In this document: positions 39,752-50,160 of the stretch, one piece after another
Layout: every line of letters begins with the position of its first letter
Numbering within the stretch: the first letter of the stretch is position 1
From: Candidatus Eiseniibacteriota bacterium
GTDB taxonomy: Bacteria > Eisenbacteria > RBG-16-71-46
DNA length: 64,000 nucleotides
Assembly: GCA_963725865.1 (NCBI GenBank)
Contig: CAVSAC010000012.1
Location: 1,383,421 to 1,447,420 of the forward strand
Reading direction: 5' to 3'
Program-made: the position numbers and the translations under genes
The notes under the pieces: generated by a model
Told to the model about the DNA's origin: nothing
What the model saw: the letters and a program-made list of their open reading frames with translations, nothing else
Databases searched by the model: none

Positions 39752-41395
39752 ATGCGACGCTTCATCCTGCTGTCGGTCACGCTGAGCCTGGTCGCGGCCC
39801 GGCCTCTGCTCGCAGGGACGTTCGAGCATGCGCGCATCGCACCTGATCTCGGACTCGACGCGCTCACGCGCGGAGTCGCTCACGAGCAGGTGGGCCGGGA
39901 CGTGTTCGCCGATCCGTACGCGACGGTGACGCTCGGCAACGTCGACGTGTACGACGTGTTCCCCTACGTGGAGTCGCGCACCTTCCAGGTGGTGTCCGAT
40001 CCGCGCTGGAACCGGCTGGTGTACGGTGAGCCGGGACGTGACCTATTCGCCTTCGACGGCGCTGGCACCTCGCTCGGAGTCCTCCGCGGTCCGAGCGGCC
40101 TGGCGGTCGACGAGGCCAACCACGTCTACGTCGCCGACACCGACAACGACCGGATCGTGGTGCTGAAGGCCAGCACGGAGTTCGGCGCCATGCGCTTGAT
40201 TCCGGAGTACGAGATCCCCGGCCTGAGCCGCCCGCACGACGTGGCGTACTCCGACGGCGGCACTCCGTTCAGCCCCGGCGACGACGTGCTCTACGTGGCG
40301 GACACCGGCCGCAACCGCATCGTGGCGTTCGGCCTCGCGCCCGACGGCGCGCGGCAGGTGGCCGCGCTCGGCGACCTCGGCAACGGCCCCGGCCGGTTCG
40401 CGGGCCCGATGGCGGTCGCAGTGGGTCGCGCGAACGGCGCCACCACGCCCGACGTGTACGTCGCGGACGCCCACACCCGCCGGATCGTCCATCTGCGTCT
40501 CGCGGGCGGCACGCTGCAGTGGCTCGGCGCCGTCCAGCACGACGCCGACGTCGTGACGTCGCTGGAGACCGACCAGTGGGGCAACCTCTATGCGGCGGCG
40601 CCGAATCGCGGCCTGGTCCGCAAGTTCACGCCCGACCTGGTGGCGGTCGCCGACCTGCGCTCCGATCTGGCGCGCCCGCGCGCGTTCCACCTCCCGTTCG
40701 TGAGCGTGCGCGATCACCGCGACGGCACCGCCACGCGCGTGGGGCAGCCGAATGGCCTCAGCGTCGACCAGTGGACCGACGCCAGCGGCCTGCGGCTGTG
40801 GAGCCTCGGCGTCGACGTGAACCGGCTCGCGGTCGCGGGCGGTGACGCTCCGACGGCGTCGTTCACGCTCACCGACCAGGCAGCCGTGAGCCTCGAGATC
40901 GTCGACGGCCCGACCGGCCGCCTGCTGTCCCACCGGGACGCGGGCGCCCTCGGTGCCGGCGAGCATCAGCTCGCGCTGGTGGACGCCGACCTCCAGGCGG
41001 CCGCCGGTTCCACCCAGCCGTTGCTGCGCCTGCGCGCCGCGTCGAGCTATCCGGGCGGCGCCTCCACGTTCGCCCAGGCTCCGCTCGGCGCGGGGGGCGC
41101 GATGCTCGCCCCGGCGCACCCGATGCTCATGGGCAACCAGCCGAACCCGGTCACCGGCGCGACCCGCATCGTGTTCGCGCTGCCGACGCGGGGCGCCGAC
41201 CAGGCGTCGCTGCGCCTGTTCGACGCGGCGGGCCGGCTGGTCCGCGGATTCCCGCAGTCGTTCACGCCCGGCCGCAACGAGGTGGCGTGGGACGGCACCG
41301 ACGAGCGCGGGCGCCCGGTCGCGGGCGGCGTCTACTTCTATCGCCTGACCGTGGATCGCAAGGAGTTCAGCCGCAGGATGGTGGTCGTCCGCTAG
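39752..41395 (+). CDS. Secreted NHL-repeat beta-propeller protein with FlgD/T9SS-type C-terminal domain
   Basis: Repeated P.G.AVD...YVADT.N.RI motifs; C-terminal NQPNP...FDAAGRLV..WDGTD..G.PV.GGVYFYRL. Confidence 0.82.
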   Translation: MRRFILLSVTLSLVAARPLLAGTFEHARIAPDLGLDALTRGVAHEQVGRDVFADPYATVTLGNVDVYDVFPYVESRTFQVVSDPRWNRLVYGEPGRDLFAFDGAGTSLGVLRGPSGLAVDEANHVYVADTDNDRIVVLKASTEFGAMRLIPEYEIPGLSRPHDVAYSDGGTPFSPGDDVLYVADTGRNRIVAFGLAPDGARQVAALGDLGNGPGRFAGPMAVAVGRANGATTPDVYVADAHTRRIVHLRLAGGTLQWLGAVQHDADVVTSLETDQWGNLYAAAPNRGLVRKFTPDLVAVADLRSDLARPRAFHLPFVSVRDHRDGTATRVGQPNGLSVDQWTDASGLRLWSLGVDVNRLAVAGGDAPTASFTLTDQAAVSLEIVDGPTGRLLSHRDAGALGAGEHQLALVDADLQAAAGSTQPLLRLRAASSYPGGASTFAQAPLGAGGAMLAPAHPMLMGNQPNPVTGATRIVFALPTRGADQASLRLFDAAGRLVRGFPQSFTPGRNEVAWDGTDERGRPVAGGVYFYRLTVDRKEFSRRMVVVR

Positions 41396-41417
41396 GACGA
41401 CCTCCGCGGGAGCCGAC

Positions 41418-42083
41418 ATGTCGACAACGCGCGCATCGCGGTTCGAGCACCGGTCCGCCGTGGGGTCCCGTCCGGGACCCCGCGGGACCGCGTTCGCCCT
41501 GCTGCTCGTCAGCACGGTGCTGATCGGAGGCTGTCTCGGCAAGCCGACGGTCGAGGACCGCTGGACGCGCATCGACATCGACTCGGCGAGTCTCTCGCCG
41601 GGCCAGACCCTCCCCGGCGGGACGACCCAGCCCATCACGGTGAGCACGCACATCACGTACCGGTCCATCATCACGGGGTTCGCGGTCGCCGAGCTGCGCT
41701 CGAGCAACACGCTGACGGCGGCCGACGTCACCCTGCGACCGGACGCCCCGCGTCCGGTGATGGCGGAAGACATCGACCGCGTGCTCGACAACTCCGTCAC
41801 GCTCGGGCGCGCGACCCGCGGCGTCACCGGCTGGGACCACCTGATCCAGCACATCGACTTCTCGTTCAACGGCGTCACTCCGGCCGCGCTCGACACCGCG
41901 GCCGCCACCACGGGCACACCGGCGGGCCTGTTCCTGGTCTGCTACCTGGGCGCGGGCGACAAGGTCGAGCGCCAGGACGGGACCGACACGCTGGTGGTCA
42001 CGCCGTTCCGTTCGTCGCAGTACCAGATCCTGCCCATCGGCATGGCGCTCGCCGTCGGGCCGCCGCCGCCGAGGAGTCAGTAG
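41418..42083 (+). CDS. Hypothetical lipoprotein
   Basis: GGGAG RBS, hydrophobic stretch ending LIGGC; lies within the operon. Confidence 0.65.
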   Translation: MSTTRASRFEHRSAVGSRPGPRGTAFALLLVSTVLIGGCLGKPTVEDRWTRIDIDSASLSPGQTLPGGTTQPITVSTHITYRSIITGFAVAELRSSNTLTAADVTLRPDAPRPVMAEDIDRVLDNSVTLGRATRGVTGWDHLIQHIDFSFNGVTPAALDTAAATTGTPAGLFLVCYLGAGDKVERQDGTDTLVVTPFRSSQYQILPIGMALAVGPPPPRSQ

Positions 42084-42106
42084 CGGTGCCCGGGCCGAAG
42101 GGGACG

Positions 42107-42787
42107 ATGCGCGCACGGACGCGCACGCGCCACGACCGCGCCGCGATCGTGGTGACGGCGCTCGCGCTCGCGGCGTGCGCGGCCGCGCCGGCGCGCGCCG
42201 GCCTGCCGGCGCCGTTCGGCGCCGAGGTCGCGCTGCTGGCCGGCACCACGCGCCTCGACGCGCGGTTGGCCGACTACCAGTGGGACGTCGCGCCGCGGCT
42301 GGCGTGGGGTGCCGAAGCGCTCGGCACGCTCGGACGCTGGGGCGTCGGCGCGCGGTTCTGGCACGCCGCGACCACCCAGGCGCTCGGGCTCGGGGGCGCG
42401 ACCAGCGATCCCGCCGTGGGGACCACGAGCGTGGAGGCGGTCGCTCGCGGGCGGCTCGCGAGCATCGCCGGCACCGCGATCCACGCGGTCGGCAGCGCCG
42501 GGCGGCTGCACGTCGGCTACCACCCGGACCACGTCACGGTGGACCCGACCGGCGGCGGGACGCCGCTCGAGATCCGGCTGGCGCCGGTCGACACGTGGAT
42601 GTTCGGCGGCGGGCTCGCGCTCGAGCGCCGGCTGGCGGGGCCGTGGTCCGCCTCGTTCGAGGTGGATCGGCGCGCCTATGGCTGGGACACGGCGCATCGC
42701 GTGGCGGACACCATCCAGGTCGGACGGGAGTCCTTCGGCGACTGGAGCGCGCATCTGGGGATCGCCTGGAAGGCAGGGCGGCGGTGA
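42107..42787 (+). CDS. Hypothetical exported protein, probable outer-membrane beta-barrel
   Basis: Signal peptide ending APARA, alternating amphipathic strands, terminal HLGIAW. Confidence 0.6.
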   Translation: MRARTRTRHDRAAIVVTALALAACAAAPARAGLPAPFGAEVALLAGTTRLDARLADYQWDVAPRLAWGAEALGTLGRWGVGARFWHAATTQALGLGGATSDPAVGTTSVEAVARGRLASIAGTAIHAVGSAGRLHVGYHPDHVTVDPTGGGTPLEIRLAPVDTWMFGGGLALERRLAGPWSASFEVDRRAYGWDTAHRVADTIQVGRESFGDWSAHLGIAWKAGRR

Positions 42788-42797
42788 AAGGGACGTC

Positions 42798-43841
42798 ATG
42801 ATGAAGACCATCACTCGGGATCCGTTCCACCACCGCGCGCTCCGCGCGGCGCTCCTGGCGTTCGCCGGCGCGCTGCTGCTCGAAGCTCCGCTCGCTCCCG
42901 CGCGCGCGCAGTCCGCTCCCCCGCCCCCGGCCCCGGCCGACGGGACGCCGGCGGAGCCGGCCGCGAGCGATGCGGCACCGGTCGTCGCCGCGGCGGACTC
43001 CACGCCGTTGGCGTGGCCGGCTCCCGCGGTCGCCGACAGCAACGCGAACGCGTGGCCGGAGCCCGTCGAGGGCGTTTCCGCCGACACCGCCAGCGGCGGC
43101 ACGCAGATGAACGCGCGCATCACCGTCGTGCGCAAGGTGCGGCTCGAGAAGAGCGCCCGCAACGTCGTGCGCTCGGGCCCCGGCGAGCGCTTCTCGATCG
43201 TCGGCGTGTACGCCAAGCACGCGTCCTTTCCGATCATCGCCAAGAACGGGGACTGGTACGGCGTGCGGCTCTCCGAGACCGAGACCGGCTGGATCCACGC
43301 CTCGCTGTGCGAGGAGTTCGACGACCTCTCGGGGCTCGAGTTCCGCCCCAATCCGCGGCTCTACACCCGCACCGGCACCTTCATCCTGACCGGCTACAGC
43401 GGCGGCTACGCGTTCGACCGCAAGTCCAACTCCCTCGTACTGGGCGGGCGCCTGGGCTACTACGTCTTCGACCGCGTGCAGGTCGAGGGCGGCGTCGGCT
43501 GGACCCACGTCCACCGGCCCGCCGAGATCGTGGAGTCGCTGTTCGGCCTCTCGCTCGAGGCCGAGGATTTCCACATGCTGTTCTACCACCTGATGGCGAC
43601 CTACGAAGTGCTCCCGGGACGCCAGATGGTGCCGTACCTGAGCGTCGGCGTGGGCTCTTCGATCATGCAGGGCGAGACCGCGTCGAGCGTCGACATCGGA
43701 GCGGGCACCACGCTGTTCCTGTCCAAGCGCACGGCGATGCGCTGGGAGGTGCGCGACTACCGCTTCGACACCGGCACCTCCAAGACCCACCACGCGAACA
43801 ACAACATCGAGTTCACCCTCGGCACCTCGGTGCTGTTCTAG
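42798..43841 (+). CDS. SH3-domain plus outer-membrane beta-barrel protein
   Basis: NVVRSGPG..F..VG...GDWY.V......GWI (bacterial SH3); GGRLGYY, PYLSVGVG, MRWEVRDY, NNIEFTLG.SVLF (barrel, C-terminal Phe). Confidence 0.82.
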   Translation: MMKTITRDPFHHRALRAALLAFAGALLLEAPLAPARAQSAPPPPAPADGTPAEPAASDAAPVVAAADSTPLAWPAPAVADSNANAWPEPVEGVSADTASGGTQMNARITVVRKVRLEKSARNVVRSGPGERFSIVGVYAKHASFPIIAKNGDWYGVRLSETETGWIHASLCEEFDDLSGLEFRPNPRLYTRTGTFILTGYSGGYAFDRKSNSLVLGGRLGYYVFDRVQVEGGVGWTHVHRPAEIVESLFGLSLEAEDFHMLFYHLMATYEVLPGRQMVPYLSVGVGSSIMQGETASSVDIGAGTTLFLSKRTAMRWEVRDYRFDTGTSKTHHANNNIEFTLGTSVLF

Positions 43842-43850
43842 GAGCCCACG

Positions 43851-44456
43851 ATGAGCCCCTTCCCGACGACCCCGGCGCGTCCCTGCGCCCGCCCCCTCCG
43901 CGTGGCGCGCCGCGGCGCGACGCTCGTGCTGGCGCTGCTGGCGCTCGCCGCGCCGCCCGCGATGGCACGCGAGCGGACGCCCTTCGCGGCGGCCGCCGGC
44001 GTGGACCTCGCGAGCGCGGCCGCCCAGGCGTGGGCCCCCGACGCGGCGCTGATCTACGTCGAGAACGACGAGGACGTGGACGCCGCCGGCACCGCGCAGC
44101 GCTGGGGCTACCTGTTCTACTCGCCGTCGCTCGACAAGGCGCGCGGCTACTCCGTGCACGACGGCCGCATCCTGGTGGCCGAGAACCTCGCGATCCGCTT
44201 CCAGGCACCGCCACTGGCGCCCCACTGGATCGACAGCGCCACCGCCCTCGAGGCGGCCGAGCGCGGCGGCGGTCGCGAGTTCCGCGAGAAGCACCAGGGA
44301 CGCCTCGACAGCATGCTGCTGATGCGCGGCGCGTTCGACGAAAAGGACCCGGACGCCACCAGCTGGACCCTGATCTACACCGCCCCCGGCAGCCCGTCGT
44401 TGTTCGTGGTCGTGGACGCGGCCGCGGGCAAGGTGCGCCGCACCTGGAGAGGATGA
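43851..44456 (+). CDS. Hypothetical exported protein (PepSY-like)
   Basis: Signal peptide; WIDS..AL..A and W...Y....VVDAA.GKV resemble PepSY-type repeats. Confidence 0.55.
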   Translation: MSPFPTTPARPCARPLRVARRGATLVLALLALAAPPAMARERTPFAAAAGVDLASAAAQAWAPDAALIYVENDEDVDAAGTAQRWGYLFYSPSLDKARGYSVHDGRILVAENLAIRFQAPPLAPHWIDSATALEAAERGGGREFREKHQGRLDSMLLMRGAFDEKDPDATSWTLIYTAPGSPSLFVVVDAAAGKVRRTWRG

Positions 44457-45319
44457 CCGCCATGAAGGCCTCGCGTCTCCCGGCCCGCCAGTGGCCGCCT
44501 CGCATCGTGCACCGCGGGCTCGCGGTGCTGCTCGCGCTCGCGTGGCTGGCGGCCCGCGTGTCCGTCGTGCGCGCCGAACCGGCCGCCGAGGTGCGCGTGG
44601 AGTCGGTGCGACCGCGCAAGGTGAAGCACCCGACGCTGCGGTTCCTGAAGGCGAACCGCGACTTCCTGCGCGGCCAGATGGACCGCCTGCGCGAGCAGCC
44701 GGTGGCGCAGCGCGGCGACGCGGACGCGGTCGACCCGCGCCTGCTGGCGTACGGAGAGCTGTTGGCGCGCGTGCAGGCCGCGCGGGACTCGGTTCACGCG
44801 TCCGAGGACGCGCAGGCGCGCCGCGAACTGCTCACCAGCGTCACCCAGCTCGGCGATCTCGAGTCGCAGCTCGACCAGCTCGAGCGGCTGCTCGGCGAGC
44901 AGCGGGTGCGCCTGGCGACGCTGGAGCGCAACTTCGCGGGCGACCAGAAGACCGCGTTGATGGTGGTCGTGAGCGGCTACCCGGCCGGAGTCGAGCTGTC
45001 CGCGGTGGCGGTGACGCTCGAGGACGGCACCGTGATGGACGTGCCCCTGTCGCCCGAGCAGTGCGTGGCGCTGCGCCAGGGCGGCGTCGTGCAGGTATTC
45101 CACGGCCTGGTGGAGCCGCGAGAGCAGGTGTTCGAGGTCGCGCTCCGCGGCACGGGCTGGATCGCGAACGGGCCGGGCTACGTCACGCTCGATCCCGCCC
45201 GCGATCGCCTGACGGTGCTGCGGCTCGAACTGTCCACCGCCGCGCCCGCGGTCGGCGCGGCCGGCATCCACGCGACCACCTGGCTGCACGATGCCAGGGT
45301 GTCCTCCATCGACGGGTGA
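44453..45319 (+). CDS. Hypothetical periplasmic coiled-coil protein of Glt-like clusters
   Basis: Signal peptide, heptad region LGDLESQLDQLERLL, then a beta domain with L.AV.VTL.DG...ALRQGGV; ATGA/GTGA coupling at both ends. Confidence 0.6.
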   Translation: MTAMKASRLPARQWPPRIVHRGLAVLLALAWLAARVSVVRAEPAAEVRVESVRPRKVKHPTLRFLKANRDFLRGQMDRLREQPVAQRGDADAVDPRLLAYGELLARVQAARDSVHASEDAQARRELLTSVTQLGDLESQLDQLERLLGEQRVRLATLERNFAGDQKTALMVVVSGYPAGVELSAVAVTLEDGTVMDVPLSPEQCVALRQGGVVQVFHGLVEPREQVFEVALRGTGWIANGPGYVTLDPARDRLTVLRLELSTAAPAVGAAGIHATTWLHDARVSSIDG

Positions 45320-48300
45320 TCACAGGGACCGTGCGTCGACTCTCGGCGTTGTGGGGTCTTGCGGCCCTCCTCGGGGCGATCGCCCTGCCGTACCGCGCGC
45401 GGGCGCAGGGCGCGCCCGCGCCCGCGCCGGCCAACGGACCGGCGGCAGCGGCGCCGGTGGCCTTCGATCCGCACGAGTGGCAGCTCCGGCGCGCGGTCAC
45501 CGCGCAGGTGACGGGCGACCTGGACGCGGTGATCGACGACCTCGAAGCGATCGACTTCGAGCACGAGCCCGTGTTCCCGGAAGCCGATCGCGCCGCGTTC
45601 CTGCTGGCCCACGCCTATCTCGGGCGCGGCGATCACGCGCGGTTCGAGCGCCTGGCGCACGCGGTCGCGCGCTGGCGGCGCACGAGCGGCTACACCGAAT
45701 GGATCGCACGCATGCGGGTGACGCTCGAGGCCGGACCCGACAGCGCGGTGGCGCTGGCCCGACTCGGCGCGGCCCGCGGCACGGCGGGCTCCGGCGCTGC
45801 CGCCGAGCTGCTCGCGCAAGCGGGCGCCGACACCACCACCGCGCTGGGCCGCGACCTCGCGGGGGCGGCCCACATCGCGGAGGCGACCGCGCTGCTCGCG
45901 CACGGCGGGGACCCGCGCGCGACGCTGGGCACGGTGCCGGCAGACAGCCGCTATGCCACGCTCGCGCGTCACATGAGCGGGCTGGTGGCGCTCGAGCGCG
46001 GCGAGGGTGCGGCCGGCGAGGAGACGCTGCGGGCGCTCGTGCACGACGACTCGCTGTATGTGGGACGGCGCGAGGTGCTGCTGGCGCTCGCGGGCCACGC
46101 GCTCGAGACCGGGCGCTGGGAGGAGGCGCAGGCCGACTACGCCGCCGTGGATCGCGACTGGGCCGCGGAGCGCGACACGCTCGCGCGGCTGCGGACCGGC
46201 GAGCCGCCGGCCGCGCTGTGGAGCGCGTGGCAGTCCATGGGAGCCGGGGACGCGGTGGTGTACGACGGCGCGCCGCTGTGGAGCGGCGGTGACTCACTGG
46301 CGATGTTCTCCGCCGACCTCACGACGCGCCCCGAGCTCGCGATCCCGTCGCCCCGCGTGCCGGAGCCGGCAGCGCGCTTTCCGTGGGCGGTCGCCCCGCC
46401 GACCGCGGACGAATGGCATGCGCTCGGGACGGCGTCGGAGGGGCTGACGGCGGTCGAGGCGGCGCTGGCGCGCGAGCGCTGGGCGGCCGGCCAGGAGCGG
46501 GCGTGGCTGGCGCAGGTCCGCCGCCACCTCGGCAGCGGCCGAGCGCGCGCCGACTCCGAGCGGGTCAGCCTGGTGGTGCGCACCGCGCACCTCGATTCCC
46601 TGCGGGGCTCGCTCGACTCCCTGGACGCCCGGCTGCGCGCGGTCCGCGACGACGCCATCGCGCGCCTGCGCGCGCGCGCGGAGTCGCTGCGGGTCGCGAG
46701 CGAGGACGACGCGCGCTGGGTCGCGGCGCTGCGCTTCTACCACCTCGACGGACCCCGCACCGGCCCGGCCGTCCCTCCCGGTCGCGTGGGGCCCGACAGT
46801 CTGCTCGCGAGCGAGGACGCGTTGACCCGCTCGCTGGGCGCGCTGGCGAGCCGCCTGGCGGCCGAGACGCCCGGGCTGGTGGCGCGCTCCTACGAGCAGG
46901 CGTGGCGGCCCGGCCTGGTGGAGCGCGCGGGTCGGCTGGACGAGGAGGCCCGGCGCGCGCTGGCGCAGGCGCGGCGGCTCGGCGGCACGCTCGACTCGGC
47001 CTACGCCGCGGCCACCAGCAGCGACTCGCTGCGCTATCTGGAGACCCACATCGCGGGCGACCAGCAGCTCCGCGAGCGGCTGCTCGGCGAGCAGGCCGCG
47101 CTGCGCACCCGCATCGGGCGCGCCGCGGTCGGACGCGCGCTGGCGGCGCTCGGCGACGAGCGCGAGGGCATCGACTACGGCCTCGCGACCGCGGCCTACG
47201 GTCTTAGCGTGCGCCTCAGCCACGCGGACAGCAGCGGCGCCGCGCCCGCCGGCGCGCCGGTCGCCGCCGCTCCCGCCGACGCGGGCGACCCCGTGCTCGA
47301 TTCGCCGGCGGCGACCGCGTGGCGCGGGCAGGCGATCGAGCGCATGCGAGGCTTCCTGAGCCAGCATCCGCGCTCGGCCGCCCGTGGCGAGATGCGCTTC
47401 CGGCTCGCGGACCTGCTGCTGATCGACGCCCGCCAGCGCTACCGCGAGCAGATGGCGCGCTACGTCCGCGAGCAGTCCGAGCACGGCGTCGCGCACCACG
47501 CGCTACCGGTCCTGGAGCAGGCACCCGCGCTGGCGCTCTACCGCGCGATCCTCGCCGAAGATCCCGACTTCCCGCATCGCGACGCGGTGCTGTTCGACGC
47601 CGGCATGCTGCTGGCCGACGACGGCGACGCAGGCGCCGAGCGCTTCTTCGCCGACCTGGTCGCCCAGCACCCCGACTCGCCCTACGCGCAGGAGGCCTAC
47701 CTGCGGATGGGCGACATGCGATTCAACGAGCGCCGCTTCCGCGAGGGCATCGAGCTCTACACCCACGCGGCCGCGGGCAGCGATCCCAGCCTGCAGGCGA
47801 TCGCCCTCTACAAGATGGGCTGGGCGCACTTCAACGAGGAGCGCTTCGCCGAGGCGGCCGACGCGTTCCGGCAGGTGCTCGACCTGTACGGCTCCGAGCG
47901 CCGCGCGCAGGTCCAGGTCGACGTCGAGCACGAGGCCGAGAACGACCTGATCCTCGCACTCGCGCGCGCGGGCGGCGCCGAGGCGTGCGCGGCGTTCTTC
48001 GACCGCGTCGGTCAGCGCCCGTACGAGCTGCGGGTGCTGCACGCGCTGGGGCAGCACTTCCGCCGCTACAGCCTGTACGCCGAGGCCGCCGGGGTCGAGC
48101 AGCTCACGCTGCGGCGTTACCCGCTCCATCCCGACGCGCTGCTCAGCGCCGAGCGCTTGATCGAGACCGAGCGGCGCGCCGAGCGCGGCGTCCAGCAGCG
48201 CGCGGCGCAGCTGGAGCTGGCGCCGCGCTTCGCCCCCGGCGGGGCGTGGGCGGAGGCGCAGACGTCGGACTCGGTGCGGACCGCGGGCGAGGACTTCGCG

Positions 48301-50160
48301 CGCGCGTCGTGGACCGCGGTCGCGCTCTACCACCACGAGCAGGCGCGGGCGAAGGGTGCCCCCGAGGACTGGCGCGAGGCGCGGCGGCTCTACGAGACCG
48401 TGATCGAGCGGTGGCCGCACGATCCCCGCCGCGCGGCGTTCGAGCTGGGCGCCGGCGAGGCAAGCGCGCGTCTCGGAGAATACCCGCAGGCGCTGGCGCA
48501 CTACGCCGCGGCGGCCCACGCCGGCCCGGACAGCGTGGAGGCGGAGGCGCTGTGGCAGCGCGTGGCGGTCAGCGACGCCTGGTACGAGAGCACCCGCGCG
48601 GCGGCGCGCACGGGCCGTGAGGGCCTCGGCCGTGATTCGCTCGCCCGGCTCGTGCTGGACGCCGGCGACGCGCTCGTCGCGCGCTTCCCCGCCGGCCGCC
48701 ACGCGCCCGACGTGACGTGGCGCGAGGGCCACCTGGCGCTGGCGCACGGCTGGCTGCCGCGCGCCGCCGACGACTTCGGGCGGCTCGCGAGCCGCTACCC
48801 GGGCGACCCGCGCGCGCCGCAGGCGGCGCTGCTGCGCGGGGACGCGCTGTTCCGCGACCGCCGCTTCGAGGACGCCGGTAATGCCTACGAGGAAGCGCTC
48901 GCGGTGGCGCAGCGCGCCGGTGTCGACTCGCTCGCCCGCCGCGCCAGGGCGGCGCTGCCGGTGTGCGCCTACCGGCGCGCCGAGGCGGCGGTCGCGCAGG
49001 ACTCGACCGCGTACGCGCGTCACGCCGAGCTGTTCGAGATCGTGGCGGCGCGCTGGCCCACCTACGAGCACGCCCCGTTGGCGCAGTACCGCGCCGGGCT
49101 CGCGTACCTGCAGGCCGGCAAGCGCGAGGCGGGGGTGGCGGCGATGCAGCACGTCATCCACGACTTCCCGCGCAGCGAGTTCGTCCGCGACGCCCACCTG
49201 CAGGTCGCGCGCGCCTGGGAGGCGGGCGGCGAGCGCGAGCGCGCGGCCCAAGCGTACACCGACTTCGCCACCCGCTTCCCGCAGGACGAGAGCGCGGGCG
49301 CGGCGTCGCTCAAGGCCGCGGACCTGTTCGAGGCCGCCGGCCTGCGCGCGCGCGCCGACACCCTGCGGATCGCCTACGTGCGCAAGCACCCGGACGACGT
49401 GGAGACCGCGATGGAGGTGTTCGAGGGGCTCGCGCGTGCCGACCTGGCGCGGGTCGACGAGGCGCACCCGATCTCCGCGCTGCTCGCGCCGGCGAAGCCG
49501 GTCCGCGGGCGCCCGGCGGCGCCGGTGTCGCACCTCGCCGAGTACCTCAAGCGCGCGCAGGCCAACCCCAAGCTGGCGTCCGCCCCGCTGATCGCGCAGG
49601 TGCGCTTCCTCGAGGCCGAGGAGGTCCAGCGCGCATACGCGGCGGCGACGCTGCGGCAGCCGCTCGATCGCTCGATCCCGATCAAGCAGAAGCGCCTCGA
49701 CGACCTGCTGGCGCGCTACCGCCGCTGCGCCGATGTCGGCGTGGCGGAGTGGGCGGACGCCGCTGCGTTCCGGATCGGCGAGGCGCTGGTGGCGTTCGGC
49801 ACCGCGCTCGAGGCGAGCGAGCGCCCGGCCGACCTGCGGGGCGAGGACCTGAAGGGCTACGAAGACGTGCTGCACGAGCAGGCGCAGGCGTTCTACGACA
49901 AGGGCGAGGGCGTGTGGTCGGAGCTGCTGAAGCGCGCGGGCGGCGCCAGCGCGACGAACACGTGGCTCGACCGCGCCCGCACGGCGCTGTGGGGCCGCCT
50001 CGGCAACCGTTTCTTCTTCCGCCCCGAAGTGGAGTTCCCGCTGGTCTCGGCGACCCCGCCCGAGCACGCGCGCCGCGATCACGAGCGGGGCGACTCCGCC
50101 TCGAACCCCCCGGCCCGCGCCGAGAGCCTGCACGCGCAGCGCGAGGAGCGTCCCCGATGA
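45316..50160 (+). CDS. Large exported TPR protein (GltD/AgmU-like, ~1600 aa)
   Basis: Signal peptide; many TPR units (HPDSPYAQEAYLRMGD..F, ALYKMGWAHF, AAFRIGE); C-terminal Y..VL.EQA..F.......W; GTG at 45316. Confidence 0.8.
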   Translation: MITGTVRRLSALWGLAALLGAIALPYRARAQGAPAPAPANGPAAAAPVAFDPHEWQLRRAVTAQVTGDLDAVIDDLEAIDFEHEPVFPEADRAAFLLAHAYLGRGDHARFERLAHAVARWRRTSGYTEWIARMRVTLEAGPDSAVALARLGAARGTAGSGAAAELLAQAGADTTTALGRDLAGAAHIAEATALLAHGGDPRATLGTVPADSRYATLARHMSGLVALERGEGAAGEETLRALVHDDSLYVGRREVLLALAGHALETGRWEEAQADYAAVDRDWAAERDTLARLRTGEPPAALWSAWQSMGAGDAVVYDGAPLWSGGDSLAMFSADLTTRPELAIPSPRVPEPAARFPWAVAPPTADEWHALGTASEGLTAVEAALARERWAAGQERAWLAQVRRHLGSGRARADSERVSLVVRTAHLDSLRGSLDSLDARLRAVRDDAIARLRARAESLRVASEDDARWVAALRFYHLDGPRTGPAVPPGRVGPDSLLASEDALTRSLGALASRLAAETPGLVARSYEQAWRPGLVERAGRLDEEARRALAQARRLGGTLDSAYAAATSSDSLRYLETHIAGDQQLRERLLGEQAALRTRIGRAAVGRALAALGDEREGIDYGLATAAYGLSVRLSHADSSGAAPAGAPVAAAPADAGDPVLDSPAATAWRGQAIERMRGFLSQHPRSAARGEMRFRLADLLLIDARQRYREQMARYVREQSEHGVAHHALPVLEQAPALALYRAILAEDPDFPHRDAVLFDAGMLLADDGDAGAERFFADLVAQHPDSPYAQEAYLRMGDMRFNERRFREGIELYTHAAAGSDPSLQAIALYKMGWAHFNEERFAEAADAFRQVLDLYGSERRAQVQVDVEHEAENDLILALARAGGAEACAAFFDRVGQRPYELRVLHALGQHFRRYSLYAEAAGVEQLTLRRYPLHPDALLSAERLIETERRAERGVQQRAAQLELAPRFAPGGAWAEAQTSDSVRTAGEDFARASWTAVALYHHEQARAKGAPEDWREARRLYETVIERWPHDPRRAAFELGAGEASARLGEYPQALAHYAAAAHAGPDSVEAEALWQRVAVSDAWYESTRAAARTGREGLGRDSLARLVLDAGDALVARFPAGRHAPDVTWREGHLALAHGWLPRAADDFGRLASRYPGDPRAPQAALLRGDALFRDRRFEDAGNAYEEALAVAQRAGVDSLARRARAALPVCAYRRAEAAVAQDSTAYARHAELFEIVAARWPTYEHAPLAQYRAGLAYLQAGKREAGVAAMQHVIHDFPRSEFVRDAHLQVARAWEAGGERERAAQAYTDFATRFPQDESAGAASLKAADLFEAAGLRARADTLRIAYVRKHPDDVETAMEVFEGLARADLARVDEAHPISALLAPAKPVRGRPAAPVSHLAEYLKRAQANPKLASAPLIAQVRFLEAEEVQRAYAAATLRQPLDRSIPIKQKRLDDLLARYRRCADVGVAEWADAAAFRIGEALVAFGTALEASERPADLRGEDLKGYEDVLHEQAQAFYDKGEGVWSELLKRAGGASATNTWLDRARTALWGRLGNRFFFRPEVEFPLVSATPPEHARRDHERGDSASNPPARAESLHAQREERPR

